Positions 38,386 to 52,185 of a stretch of 64,000 nucleotides of DNA are shown here, piece by piece. The translations under genes and the position numbers were made by a program. This DNA comes from Octopus vulgaris. Taxonomy: Eukaryota. The stretch spans positions 12,462,001-12,526,000 of the forward strand of contig OX597823.1 in assembly GCA_951406725.2 (NCBI GenBank), given 5' to 3'. Under the pieces are notes generated by a model that saw only the letters and a list, made by a program, of their open reading frames with translations, was not told the origin of the DNA and ran no database searches. Positions within the stretch are counted from its first letter, which is position 1. Every line of letters begins with the position of its first letter.

Positions 38386-41300
38386 GATAAGAATATGATT
38401 TTTGTATTTGCCAGAAATACATATGACAGGAGGTACATGACATGTGGTACATAGATATTACACATGACAGGAGGTACATACATATTGGAGTTATTAACGA
38501 ATGGCGATGGACCAAACAAAACCAATGGAGGCACAAACGTGATATCACAAGCGTGTTAAAGTTTTGATTATATGAAACAATGATCAAAACAAGATATAAT
38601 TTGTCTAAGACACCAATAAACGAGTGTGAATGTTTTAGCTAGTTGGAATTAAAACACCATCATTACCCCTCCACCTTGTTTGTCACTCATTGTATTGAAA
38701 CTTGGGTTTCACCAACGTAATAGTAAGCATTAAAAAATATTCAATGGCTTCTGGATGTGACATTTCGGTTAATCTCTCTCTTCAATGTTGTAGATATTCA
38801 GTAGCAGTTTCAGTGACAAAGTAGTTCTTCTCATTATTGCCTCCGGCTGAATACGTTTCTATTCATGTTTTACACATTTGTTTTTACTGCCGCTCAACAA
38901 CACTTTCCTGTTCTCTTTGCCCACTGCAATATTCGGACCCTCTTCCCTTTCAGTCTTTACCTTCTCCTCATACACGCAACCGAACGAAGTGGTACTCAGT
39001 CGATTTTAGCATCGTTTACTTCTGGGATTGTAGATACAAGAATTTCTCAATCTTTTCAGAGGTTTTGGCTGGCATGTATTCTAATATAGTTGTCTCCAGA
39101 GCATACTGTTGTAACCGGATCTGCAAATGTACATATCTCTGTCTCCCGCTCTTTGTGTCCGTCTTTCTCATTCCCCTCAGGGCAAAAAACTCCCTCAATT
39201 AGCTCTTCCTAACCCAGGTGTCACAGATAGGCCTGCTGTCCTGCATTGTTAGTCTTTTTTCTGCGCTCGACATGAAGAACAGCTTCGGAATGGCTCTGTG
39301 GTTTGACACTCACAACATATTTCAAATCTATACTGGCCTCTAATTATCACATATCAATCCTAGTTATTAGCCACCACCACCACCACCACCACTTCCATCT
39401 ATATTGCACAATAGATATGATAAAGAACCAATGTGTATTGCAGTGAACCAGATTATAAACCTGATACAAACCCTACGAGCGTTTGTTTTACCTTTGGTTG
39501 TAAAGATCAGTCAGAGAAACACCGCTGTATACCTTAGCGTATCGGATGGACATTACATCCTTTCATACTCCAGATAGAGCTTCTTTCAATCTTTCAGTTG
39601 AGGGCATAGAGAAATGCCATCGCTATCCACATATATCTCGAGCAAAGTGATGGAGCTCTTCGAGATATACTCTACTGCATTTCTTTCTTTGATTTGATGT
39701 TGTTAATATCTAAAATTGTCTTACTAAAAGTGATATTTGCAAATTTGTAACAGCAAAGTTGTAACAGTGTTGCTTTTGTTTTTGTTATTGTTACTAAGCG
39801 AGCCGCTAAAATTATTCTCTTTTATCAAGAGAAAAATTATTTTGTTCCATTCAAATTGCATGCCTGGGGCAAAGTATTTTTTTTATTCATATTCTGCTTT
39901 GATTGTTTCGGTGTAGTTGTAAAAGGTTTTCTTTGAGGAAGCATTAGTTCTAACCTCACGTTGTCATTTAGTGTCGAATGCAAGCAGGTCAAACCAAACT
40001 GCTTGATAATATTTTTTCTACTTTTAAATTGGAGGAAAAATTAAAAATAAACTACTCAATTTTGTTTTATTTCTACGCGATCTGACATAGAAAAGATAAA
40101 ACGAATTCTAAAAGGAAAAAAATTAAAATGTAATCCAAGCACATGAGCGATGCGTAACCACATCTTATCAAGAGAGGAGAACATCAAGTAAAACAACATC
40201 ATCTACAATAACACCACCAATAACATCAATCACAACAACTGCAACAGTAACATCAACTGTACAACAACCGCAACAACAACAGCAGTAGAAGAAACAGCAC
40301 CAACAACACTGGTTTCTAATATAAGTAAGGGTTAGTTATTAACCTCAATACTTGACAGGTATTTTTATCTGTTCATACATACAATAAACGTTAAAACGTG
40401 AGGACTGGACAAGACAAACTGATATTAAATCACCTGCCCATCAGTCTGTGGCTATAACCTACTGTCCGCTTCAATTTCAGGAAAAAGGCTATGAATAATC
40501 AAATTTCACCACAGAGATTTGTTGCACTTCGATACTGACGTGACATTACTGATAAAACATAGTGCAGTTTGTGGTATCAAGAGGGAATCCTGCAGGGTCG
40601 AAACGTTGCGACAACTCAATTACCTGGATTCAATCACATATTGATTGATGTTCATAATCCCACAACAATAACGACTTCAGTCCCTTCTAGAGCCCCCTAG
40701 TCACCCTGAGTATCATTTTAACATAGATATTAAGTTCATTTACACTGTCATTCTTTGTTTTCACAGACTTCTGGTTCTAAAATTTCACACCGTCGCGCCT
40801 CATTCTAACCCAGAAGCTGTTCTCGTTACGCCAAGTGCGTCCACATCCTCAACTATTAATTTTCCAACGAGTTTCACAACCTATGGCGCACCTAGACCTC
40901 TTTGTATCTTCTGACACCTCTCACATTTACACTTTCATTTTTTTAAAGTATCCTACAGACTCTTCGTTTCATTTCATCCTGCCACACCCACAATAAATCT
41001 GACTTTTCTTTCTCGCAAATTCTGTTTTCCTCACTTCAGTAATCGAAACTGATTTCTGAGCTGTCTTTGAATGCTCTACATTGTTTTCCTACATGATTAC
41101 CCCAACTCTTGCCGCAAACCATCAATGTAACATGAGTTTGTACCCTGGCTATTTATCATATGCTGCCTTTTGTCTTCGTACCCAGCCTTCAATCAACCAT
41201 ATTCCTTTCTGACTGTCGACTCCGCTACTTCACGTTCACTGTCTATTAAAATCCATGATTGAGGTTTTGCCTTTTCCAACTCGTCTATTTCTTACCCTTT

Positions 41301-42177
41301 TCTGGAACAAGCACCCGCTGTTTCGGACTGTTTTTCAGTCTCAGTACCTTTCTAGTGTAGAACTCTTTCATCTTCCTCACTCATTTTCATTGCAAATAAT
41401 CTCATTTTGTGCCACATAGTACCTTTTTATCTAGAAAGACACGCAAGTATTCCAGAAAGATGTGAGAATTGGCAGAGATAGAAAGATATAGGAAGTAGCA
41501 GAGTTTGAAGGATGTGGGAAGCAGCAGTTTTGAGATATGGAGCAAATAGTTGAATATCCGTTTCAGATCGTAATGACAGGTGGAGTTCCTTGTTTCGTTG
41601 CGAAACCTCGAAAGACGATAAATAGCAATAGGGAGATCACTCTTACCTTTTTCCTCTCGTGTTGTTGTTTACTGTTTATGCGTTGTGTGGTAGTTGCAAT
41701 GAACCCGTAAAGGGTGATAGAGACTTGGAAATAGAGCAGAAAGACAGAATGATGTCAATATCCTGCTTGCTATTTCAGCAGCCGTCGAGAAAAACAGAAT
41801 GACACTTGTTATTTGAAAGTGATCTAGTGATAAAGATTAGTCGTTTCTGTTCCTGGTTATCTCGTCAGTCTTTAGCTAGCGGGCAATCTGTATTTATTAT
41901 TATCGTAACACGGCAAGAAAGAAGGACATACCGTTCGGAAAACAACAGGAGCTGCTGTAGGCGTCCACCATTGTTTGCATAGAAGGTGTTAAAAGGGTCA
42001 AGTGGAGAATATATAAAATCGTCTTGGCAACGGCTATGTGTTGAATGTCTCAGCTGATTATTCCAGTCACTCTGTGAGAAAATGCTGTGGTACTTTTATA
42101 GGGAATCCTGTAGATTCAGATTCGAATCTATGCCCAAATGAAAAGCCACATTTTTCCTTCCAAGTAAAATATTTTCG

Positions 42178-42365
42178 ATAGATCGCAAGCCACTAAACCT
42201 TATACTATTTTCTCTCCCTGTTTATTACTATGTTCCTTTCTGTCGAAGAGAGTAGGCTCGAAACGTAAAAGACTTTCTCACTTCCCGAGCGTTAAACTAA
42301 TACATTTGTTTGTTGTTTACACACCCGTCTTCGTCCTTTGTGTTTTTTCTGTAAATTCTCACCTT
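42178..42365 (+). mobile_element. Solo Penelope pLTR with compact HHR variant (42236-42271)
   Basis: cttt-CTGTCGA-a-gaga gtag gctc-GAAA-cg-TA-aaag; homologous to 35215-35447; ends in (TA)n. Confidence 0.78.
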
Positions 42366-42671
42366 ATATATGTATATATACATATATTCATGCATACATA
42401 TATATACACATACATGTATACACAGATACATATATATACACACACATATATAAGTATACATACATACATAGAATAATATAAATAAGATATAAATATATGT
42501 ATATATACATATATGTATATACCTACACATATATGTATATATACATCCATATATGGGTACAAGAGATAAAAAACGTAGACAAAATGAGAAACGAGACAGG
42601 CAACATACAGAACATTCCCTTCATCAGTTTCCCTTGTGTTATCTGCATACATATATACATACATGTATACA

Positions 42672-42724
<53 letters not shown>

Positions 42725-42790
42725 CATCTCTCTCTCTTTCTCTCTCTCTATATATATACATATATGTGCGTGTGTGTGTGTGTGTGTGCA

Positions 42791-43588
42791 TATATACATA
42801 CTTATATGTACATACTTACATCTATATGCATATATATACATATGCGGGCACAGGACGTCACGAAACGTGTACGCTTTCAATAAAACAGTTGCTCCCGCAA
42901 AGCAAATTAAATAAAATTTGGGATGTAGCGGTGGGCCAGTTTTGGTAACACAAACAGGACAGTGAAAAGAAACAGGAAAGGCTGCTAAGCCTAAACGAAG
43001 TTGTTGTGACAAACGCGTAAATCAAGCTTGGACAGGAGACAGACAAAAACAGGTTTTGCATGTTCCAGCTACAATGGAGGGAAAGAAACACAAGTTAGGA
43101 GAAGAAAGAAAGAAGGTCGATGGTCACGTGGGAGCCACCTCACCAAGGGAGGAGAAGTGAGGAAGAGTGACAGAGTAATATGATAGAATAGTGGGGGAAG
43201 CGGATGTGAAAGCATAAGGGAGGGAAGGAGATAAAAACGAAAGAGTATAAAGATCGTATAGAGTGCACATCAGAATTTGACCCACTGCAAAATCCCAAAT
43301 TTTCAAATTTGCTTTGCGGGATCAATTATTTTATCGAAGGGCGTATATTGTTGTTAAATGCTCGAAATACGAGAGTAGAAAACAGCCAACAACTAATAAA
43401 GGGTCGCTTGTTTGTCTTGTTTTTCATTTGTGTCTTCCGTTGTTCCCCCAAATAGTTCATATTTCATGTACTCCTAGTTCATATTTTTTGTTGTACACGT
43501 CGTGTGACGTCCCGTGCCCACATATGCATATATATATATATATATGTACGTATAGGTGTAAGTATGTACATATACGTATGTATATATA
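42791..43588. repeat. Two-tier imperfect inverted repeat (inverted pLTR-like pair)
   Basis: 42791-42860 pairs with 43504-43588; 42870-42945 pairs with 43271-43345. Confidence 0.75.
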
Positions 43589-43594
43589 CATATA

Positions 43595-43790
43595 TACCGG
43601 AGTAAACACATAAATGTGAAACAAGGTGGTAAAAAAAAATTACTCAAATACCAGGGGTAGAGTAATATGCTTTATTTAAAAGCAGCAGAAATTGAATTTA
43701 AAATTCAATTTTAACAAAACTCCGACGAACGGGAACGTGAAACTCCGAGTAACAGGTTTTGTTGTATTTCTGCTGCTTTTAAATAAAGTA
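43595..43790. mobile_element. Fold-back pLTR-like fragment, same family as 9459-9657
   Basis: Inverted arms ctttatttaaaagcagcagaaat / atttctgctgcttttaaataaag. CCGACGA-acg ggaa cgt-GAAA-ctccgag-TA at 43722-43751. Confidence 0.7.
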
Positions 43791-43863
43791 TATACATATA
43801 TATATATCTTGTTTATATTATTATATGATTGAACGACACGCATCCTCTTCCAATTACGATTTT

Positions 43864-43900
<37 letters not shown>

Positions 43901-44404
43901 ATATATATATAAACGGGTGGGGTCACGTGTGTATTTGTTAGCTGCAAAGCAATAGAAGCAATTCAAGAATGAAAAGTATCGCGCATGGCAAATATCGAAC
44001 TTATTAAAAGAATATGACCACCAACCCACGATTCAATTAAGTATTTCTAATGCTTAATAAATAGACAATATTTTGCACAATGAATTACATCACGCCTTTC
44101 TGAACACAAAACTTATACACTCTTTCACACACACATAGATACACACGTGTGTGTGTGTGTGAGTGTGTGTGTGTGTGTATGTAGATTTGTATAAGTGTGT
44201 TTTGTATTGCAAACAGTATTCAGTTTAGTTTATAAGTTTCATTAAACGTCGCTGTAGTTTTATATTTTCTTATAATTTTCCTATGAGATTGTTTGTAACA
44301 ATAAAGTATTTTAAACCATCACCAACAGTTCAAAGCCCCAATATTCAAGTGTTAGCTGTAACATTGTAATACGGGTTAATGTGGTTAGTATATGTATTTG
44401 TGAA

Positions 44405-44689
44405 GGCGCGAGGCTCAGTGTTTAGGGCACTCGGCTCATGATTGTAAGGTCGTGAGTTCAATTCCCGGCGACACGATGTGTCCTTGAGCAAAACACTTTA
44501 TTTCACGATGCTCCAGTCTACTCAGCTGGCAAAAATGAGTTATATGTGTCACGCTGAATCTTCCCCGAGAACGTTGGGGGTACACGTGTCTGTGGATTGC
44601 TCAGTCACTTGCACGTTAATTTCACGATCAGGCTGTTCCGTTGATCATATCGGCTGGGACCCTCGTCGTCGTAACCGACGGAGTGCTCC
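44405..44689 (+). mobile_element. SINE family D, full length
   Basis: ggcgcgaggctcagtgtttag...gagttcaattccc; tail ccctcgtcgtcgtaaccgacggagtgc. Confidence 0.85.
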
Positions 44690-45214
44690 AATATGTACTA
44701 CAGCGGGAATTTAAATAATTGACCGTTAGTTATCACTGAGACCGTAAATTCTTGTTTGTGACATTTGTATATTGCCCTGTATATTTTAACTGCGTGCTGA
44801 GCTCCGACTAATTTCATATATTATTAATCGACTATTATTATGGGAATGATTAAAGTACAGATGTGTGACACATGAATGTTTTCTTATCTGTTTCCGCTCT
44901 GCGCTTACAAAATTTGGATTCCTGTGGTGCCCCTTATTAAGCAACACATTTATACGCGAAATAATTCCCCACAAAAGTAAACAATTAATGCTAAAGTGAA
45001 GATTCCCAATACAGATTGATGTTAAAATAAACACGCAGGCAGTATATACTAAACACAAACAAGAACCTCACCTGACGGATTTCGTTTATAATCTAACGGT
45101 AAAATATCCTACTTCGCGAAATAAAGTACACCGATCAAATTGCCTTTCTCTCTTTACTTTAAAAAGGCGGCGCAACACCCCATCGTGAAGATGAGATAAT
45201 GATGTTCTAGAAAT

Positions 45215-45426
45215 ACTGGTTTGAAATTTTGACACAATGCCAGTAATTTGGGGGAACGGATAAGTCGATTACATCGCCCTCAGTGCTCAATTGGTACTTA
45301 TTTCTTCGACCACGAAAGGATAAATGCAAAGTCTACGATGCTAGAATTTGAACTCAGAACGTAAAGGTGAACGAAATGCTCCTAAGTATTTTGCCCAGCG
45401 TGATAACGATTCTGCCACCTCTCCGT
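45215..45426 (-). mobile_element. SINE family A (A2), diverged
   Basis: Core and head similarity. Confidence 0.75.
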
Positions 45427-45580
45427 CTCTTATTCTAGAAACATTAGCGATAGATTTAGGACTTTCCTGTCTGAAACAAAAAGTATAATTCGTGCAAAGA
45501 CACATTTTTATAAAAATTTTCAAGATAAATCCAGAACAGTCATGTTTTTCAATAAATGTGTCAAGGAAAAATTGCCGAAG

Positions 45581-45643
<63 letters not shown>

Positions 45644-45644
45644 G

Positions 45645-45677
<33 letters not shown>

Positions 45678-45682
45678 GTCTG

Positions 45683-45740
<58 letters not shown>

Positions 45741-45745
45741 AAAAA

Positions 45746-45829
<84 letters not shown>

Positions 45830-45849
45830 CCCTCCATTTTTATCTGTCA

Positions 45850-45905
<56 letters not shown>

Positions 45906-45930
45906 GTCTGTCTGTCTGTCTGTCTGTCTG
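45581..45930. repeat. Long (TATC)n/(TGTC)n microsatellite
   Basis: Direct reading. Confidence 0.97.
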
Positions 45931-46203
45931 TTTCTATCTGTAGGTGTGTGTCTTTATCTATCTTATTAGTGAAAACACAATAATGCTAATTACACTAAAA
46001 GTATTTGAATATATTATAGAAAGTTTTGGAAATGCAGTACTGAAACTTCTAACATAGAGGCCTTTCACAAAACTTATAATATGCATAAATTAACAAATAT
46101 TGCATGTCTATGATATATATATATATACATACACAAGCACACACAGACGCACACAGACACATACACACACACACACACACACAAATTCACACACACAAAT
46201 TCA

Positions 46204-46247
<44 letters not shown>

Positions 46248-46601
46248 TTCACACACAGGCACACACACATGTACGCACACAGACACACACACATACAGAC
46301 ACACACACACACACAAACACACACAGGCACACACATGTACGCACACAGACACACACACAAACACACACACACACGCATATACACATATATATGTAGTTTA
46401 CTGTTCCGTTAACAAAAATGTAATCCACCGCGTGAAAGGTGAATACCATTTAATGTACACAGTTGAAACGGAAAAATAATAAAAAAATTAGAGTATCGTC
46501 TACTTTGACCGTAAAGCCATAATTAAGCTAGTTCTAGTATAATTCAAAGGAGACGGATCCAGTCTACAGTTCGCCAAAAGAAAATGTGCTGGAAAGTTGG
46601 G

Positions 46602-46632
<31 letters not shown>

Positions 46633-46807
46633 GGGGAGGGGGAAAGAGAGAATTAGGCGACGCTATGTGGCAAGGAGGTTGCTTTTCAAATCCACTGCGT
46701 GACAGCTTGTATAGGTTTTATCTCTAATTCATATTTTATATTTATATTGTGTGATTTGATTTAATACTAAATCGAATTTTTCCCTGTAAGTTTGGAGCTA
46801 TATTCCC

Positions 46808-46840
<33 letters not shown>

Positions 46841-46843
<3 letters not shown>

Positions 46844-47058
46844 TTTTATTCTTTTACTTGTTTCAGTCATTTGACTGCGGCCATGCTGGAGCACCGCCTT
46901 TAGTCGAGCAACTCGACCCCGGGACTTATTCTTTGTAAGCCCAGTACTTATTCTATCGGTCTCTTTTGCCGAACCGCTAAGTAACGGGGACATAAACACA
47001 CCACCATCGGTTGTCAAGCAATGCTAGAGGAACAAACACAGACACACAAACACACACA

Positions 47059-47130
<72 letters not shown>

Positions 47131-47290
47131 TATACAACGGGCTTCTTTTCAGTTTCCGCCTACCAAATCCACTCACAAGGCATTGGTCGGCCCGAGGCTA
47201 TAGTAGAAGACACTTGCCCAAGGTGTCACGCAGTGGGACTGAACCCGGAACCATGTGGTTGGTAAACAAGCTACTTACCACACAGCCACT

Positions 47291-47293
<3 letters not shown>
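46841..47293 (-). mobile_element. SINE family B, full length
   Basis: All modules present. Confidence 0.92.
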
Positions 47294-47320
<27 letters not shown>

Positions 47321-47327
<7 letters not shown>

Positions 47328-47485
47328 ATCACCTGACCGACCAGACCATCAGATGTTGTTACACATCGCTGGTCACAATCGTTCGCATTGCTTTAGCCTT
47401 CGAATGACGCATCCCCGCTGGCTAAGAGAGCAGGCCGACAGAAGAAAGAGTGATGAAAGCGTACAGCAGGGATCACCACCCTCTG
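47321..47485 (-). mobile_element. SINE family C 3' part (tail type 2)
   Basis: Reverse complement of 58450-58627. Confidence 0.82.
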
Positions 47486-48204
47486 CCTTGCTAGCAAGGA
47501 CACAATATTTCACTTTGCGACATAATGTTATGCAAGTATCCTCTGGGTTTGGAAGTCAATATTGTGTCAAACCGTGTGTTAGAAGTGCTATGTTTTCACT
47601 TCAAAGTATGTCTTCATAGATTTTTAACAGTGTTCACAGCCAACACAGTAAGTTACAGCGTTTCACAAAAATTTTGCATAATTGCCTATTTGGATAATTT
47701 GGATATTGCATAAATATGTATGAATGTAATGTTTCGCTGTGCGTACAAACCTATCTATGTATCTGTCTGTCTGTCTGTCTGTTTATCTGTCTCTTCTTCT
47801 TTCCCTCAACATAAACACTGACACAAACACATCTATCTATATATATATATATAAACATGCATGCATGAGACCAAAATCGTACGTACGCTGCTATATGTAT
47901 ATATGAAAAAAAAAAACGAAACAAATAATGGAAGAAGAACGTAACAGGCGACAACAAAACAAGTGGACCGTTAGACGATATAAAGAATGACAGGGAAAAG
48001 CAAGGACGGATAATTCGGAGCCTTCCGTCATCAGTCGAGTTCCAGGCCATCCCTGCAGTTTCGGCCGGTTACACTCGAGACTGCTCATATATGCACATAT
48101 AATGGTCTCTCCCGTCGAAGACGACGTTTGAGTATTCACTATTTGCAGAACGACCTGTACAAATGGTTTGTTTATAGTGAACAAATATTTATACTCTACA
48201 TTAG

Positions 48205-48246
<42 letters not shown>

Positions 48247-48542
48247 CTCTCTCTCTCTCTCTCTCCATCAAATCGAGGTTGCCTGAACAGATGCACGATG
48301 TAACACACGTCAGGTGTCGAAGTGATCTCAAAGAAAAGTGAGGTGAAAAGTTTTGCTCAAGAACATAACGCACCACCCGGTCTAGGATTTGAAATCACAA
48401 TCTCACGATCAACGCTAACTGCTAGGCCATGACTCCGCCTATATATATATGTAGGTGTATGTATATGTGAACATGCATTTATGCAACGTAAATATGTATG
48501 TACTTATAAATGCACACACCCACATACACCCCCATACACCCA

Positions 48543-48608
<66 letters not shown>

Positions 48609-50031
48609 CGTACTATATTTTAGATTATTTGAATACTTCTTCCGATAATGAGGAGACTCGTTTCTAAGAAACGAAAACTCCATAATTGCAATCTGCGAAT
48701 ATATTATGTATGTGTGTTTATGCATTCAATTATATTTTCATTTCAGTCTAGATTTCTTCTTACATGGCAGGTTTATCTTCTGAGGTAGGCATGTGTATAC
48801 ATGCTCGTATGTGTGGATAAGATATTTATTATTACAGTTCATTATTTCTTATGCACTTGTGTGTGTGACTGTGTGTCTGCATGTTTGTGAGTGTGTGGAC
48901 GTGTGCGTGCGTATTTGCGAGCTCATGTGCTTGTTGTGCGCACATGCAAATATGTCAGTGTGTGCTTTGTGTTTTACAAAATCACAAATAAAATATGCAA
49001 AATAATGAAGTGAAGAAGAAAACAAATTATATTTATATACAATATAAATAGATTTTCTCTTTTACAACTGTATTCTTATCTGATGTCGCTAAAGTGCATC
49101 TTTCCCTCTTATCTATCGAGCGAATAGAATTATTTTTAGAATTCGTTTATCGTTGTTAAATGTTAGCGATTTTGAATAGTTAAGATAGTGATAACATACC
49201 TAATCCAGTTAACATTAGAAAGCTTACTGGAAGTAATTATTTGACAAAGAAAAGCCGTTGTTAGCAAGTGATTGATATTATTTTAGATACTTTATGTTAC
49301 TACGGAAGACAACTTGGAACATGTTTCTATCTTCTAAAATAGGTTTCCTAATATCTCAGCCGTTCTGTACTGAGTCGTCACTGTTACCTCAAAGCTTTGT
49401 GAGAGTATCCCAAATGTGATGCATGATTACAAACCACTGAATTACACAGGCTAAATGCAAGGCTACTATATGAGTGGTTAATCTGATAGAAATAACATAT
49501 AAATGTTCTTGAAATTATATCCTACCGGTTTTGTTTTTCAATGATCCAGTGGTTAAAGTAATAACAGAGATAATGAATCTGGTAAACGGTTGCAATTATT
49601 GACGATGGAGAGTCTTTAAACATGATGTCTCTTGGACAAAGATTTAATTGAAACTAATCAATATCCTTGCCAACGTCATCACAACCCACCCGCCATCCTC
49701 CACCACAACCATTACAACCACAAATAAGGGAATCAATGGGAGGCGTTTTATGTAGTCGCTCAGTCATCTCAAAACAGCAGTTGTATCTCCTAAGATAACA
49801 ACCGGCGACCTTAAGTAAGGTAGAAAACATTGTAAGAAGAAGTTCTAGTTGGAGTTATGTCGCAAAAATAAGGTATTTTCGCTATAGTTGGAGTGGCTTT
49901 AATCACAACCCTTCTCAAACAGGGTCGACCTGGGGTTACGCAACAACAATGAGGCAATGGAAAGGTCGCTGAACAAGTAATACACACAGGAGCAAAATTT
50001 ATCTCTATCATCTGAAGAAAGGAGAGATACC

Positions 50032-50444
50032 TATTTCTTTATTACCCACAAGGGGCTAAACACAAAGGGGACAAACAAGGACAGACATAGGTATTAAGTC
50101 GATTACATCGACCCCAGTGAGTAACTGGTACTTAATTTATCGACCCCGAAAGGATGAAAGGCAAAGTCGACCTCGGCGGAATTCGAACTCACAAAGTAAC
50201 GCAGACGAAATACCTATTTCTTTATTACCCACAAGGGGTTAAACACAGAGGGGACAAACAAGGACAGACATAGGTATTAAGTCGATTACATCGACCCCAG
50301 TGAGTAACTGGTACTTAATTTATCGACCGCGAAAGGATGAAAGGCAAAGTCGACCTCGGTGGAATTTGAACTCACAACGTAACGCAGACGAAATACCGCT
50401 AAGCATTTCGCCCGGCGTGCTAACGTTTCGGCCAGCTCGCCGCC
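50032..50444 (-). mobile_element. SINE family A dimer bounded by one 20-bp TSD
   Basis: TSD ctgaagaaaggagagatacc at 50012-50031 and 50444-50463; internal junction near 50214. Confidence 0.93.
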
Positions 50445-50715
50445 TGAAGAAAGGAGAGATACCAAATAATTCAGTTGGGGATACATTCTGCATGAAAAAA
50501 CGATTGGCGATTGGATACTGAAGGTCGCAACACTAGTCATCAAGTCTACAGCTGAACTTGGCCATAGTCAAATGACTGAAACATGTAAAAGAACAAAAGA
50601 TTGAAGAATAACAAAAGCAATGGTATCCTCAACAACACCGTAGTGTAGTGGGAAGAGTTTACATTTAAAACGGGTTGCCAGGGTATCTATTGAATTTTGT
50701 GGGAAAGTATATATT

Positions 50716-51100
50716 GGAAGCACTCCGTCGGTTACGACGACGAGGGTTCCGGTTGATCCGTATCAACGGAACAGCCTGCTCGTGAAATTAACGTGTAAGT
50801 GGCTGAGTACTCCACATACACGTGTACCCTTAACGTAGTTCTCGGGGAGATTCAGCGTGACACAGAGAGTGACAAGGCCATCCCTTTGAAATACAGGTAC
50901 AACAGAAACAGGAAGTAAGAGTGAGAGAAAGTTGTGGTGAAAGAGTACAGCAGGGATCACCACCACCCCCCTGCTGGAGCCTCGTGGAGCTTTTAGGTGT
51001 TTTCGCTCAATAAACACTCAGAACGCCCGGTCTGGGAATCGAAACCGCGATCCTATGACCGCGAGTCCGCTGCCCTAACCACTGGGCCATTGCGCCTCCA
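50716..51100 (-). mobile_element. SINE family C, full length (tail type 1), 15-bp TSD
   Basis: TSD gggaaagtatatatt at 50701-50715 and 51104-51118; tRNA-like head. Confidence 0.93.
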
Positions 51101-51380
51101 CTCGGGAAAGTATATATTAGTTTATTGGTGAAAATCCATTTAAAACGGGCTATTTCGTTGGTAACAAGATACTAGATAAACATGCGTGTGTGTGTGTTTA
51201 CGTGTGTGTAAGGTGGTAAACCGATGGGTTTTGCCCTTTGATCCTTATCAAGTGTATTAATATCGGCTTCAGACTTTATACAGCACGGTTGGGATTAAAG
51301 GCTTAATCGACCTCGGTGGAATTTGAACTCAGAGTGTAAAGACGGACGAAACGCCGTTAAGTATTATAGTTTGGCATGAA

Positions 51381-51609
51381 TTCTTTACTGCCCACAAGGG
51401 GCTACACACAGAGTGAACAAACAAACGGATTAAGTCAGTTATATCAACCCCAGTGCGCAACTGGTACTTAATTTATCGACCCCGAAAGGATGAAAAGCAA
51501 AGTCGACCTCGGCGGAATTTGAACTCAGTCGACCTTAGAACGTAGCAGCAGACGAAATACAGCTAAGCATTTCACCTGGCATGCTAGCGATTCTACCAGA
51601 TCACCGCCT
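51381..51609 (-). mobile_element. SINE family A
   Basis: Full head, core and tail, with a small internal duplication (tcgacct). Confidence 0.85.
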
Positions 51610-51776
51610 TCCAAATCTCTTAATATTAACCCGAAGTCGATCGAATGTTGACCTACATTACGAAAGTATAAAACCTTGAAATTGTAATATTTATTGAGAG
51701 CGATATTTCAAAGAGAATCTCGATGGAACTAGTTTTTACGAAGATTGCACAAATATAGCCAATCACACGCACACAC

Positions 51777-51822
<46 letters not shown>

Positions 51823-51949
51823 ACGCACACACGGACGCACGTTCTAACCTCATGCACACACACACAATTTCATATAGATACACAATACATACACGTATAT
51901 ACATGTGTGCATATACATGTGTGTATGTGTGCGTGCATGTATACGCATA

Positions 51950-51982
<33 letters not shown>

Positions 51983-51987
<5 letters not shown>

Positions 51988-52185
51988 GGGAAATAATTCA
52001 AAAAAAAATCCCAAAAGACGAAGACAGGTGGTGTAGACAACAACCAGATGTATTAGTATAACGCTCGGGAAGTGAAAAAGTCTTTAATGTTTCGAGCCTA
52101 CGCTCTTCCACAGAAAGGAACACAGAAAGAAACAAGGAAAGAAAATAAAAAATGTGTAGTGGCTAGCGATCTATCATGGCGATCT
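51983..52185 (-). mobile_element. Solo Penelope pLTR with compact HHR variant (52082-52117)
   Basis: cttt-CTGTGGA-a-gagc gtag gctc-GAAA-ca-TT-aaag; next to (TA)n. Confidence 0.78.

Noticed and set aside
40545-40612. CTGATAA...GTCGAAACGTT motif
   Set aside because: G8 is missing and stem I is not evident.
38760-41750. Complex non-repetitive stretches that might be LINE ORF1 remnants or host exons
   Set aside because: No sustained reading frame or diagnostic motif readable by eye; needs BLASTX and RNA-seq.
41831-41874. Minus-strand taaaga-CTGACGA...GAAA...tcttta HHR-like match
   Set aside because: Stem II and stem III do not pair, so it could be chance.
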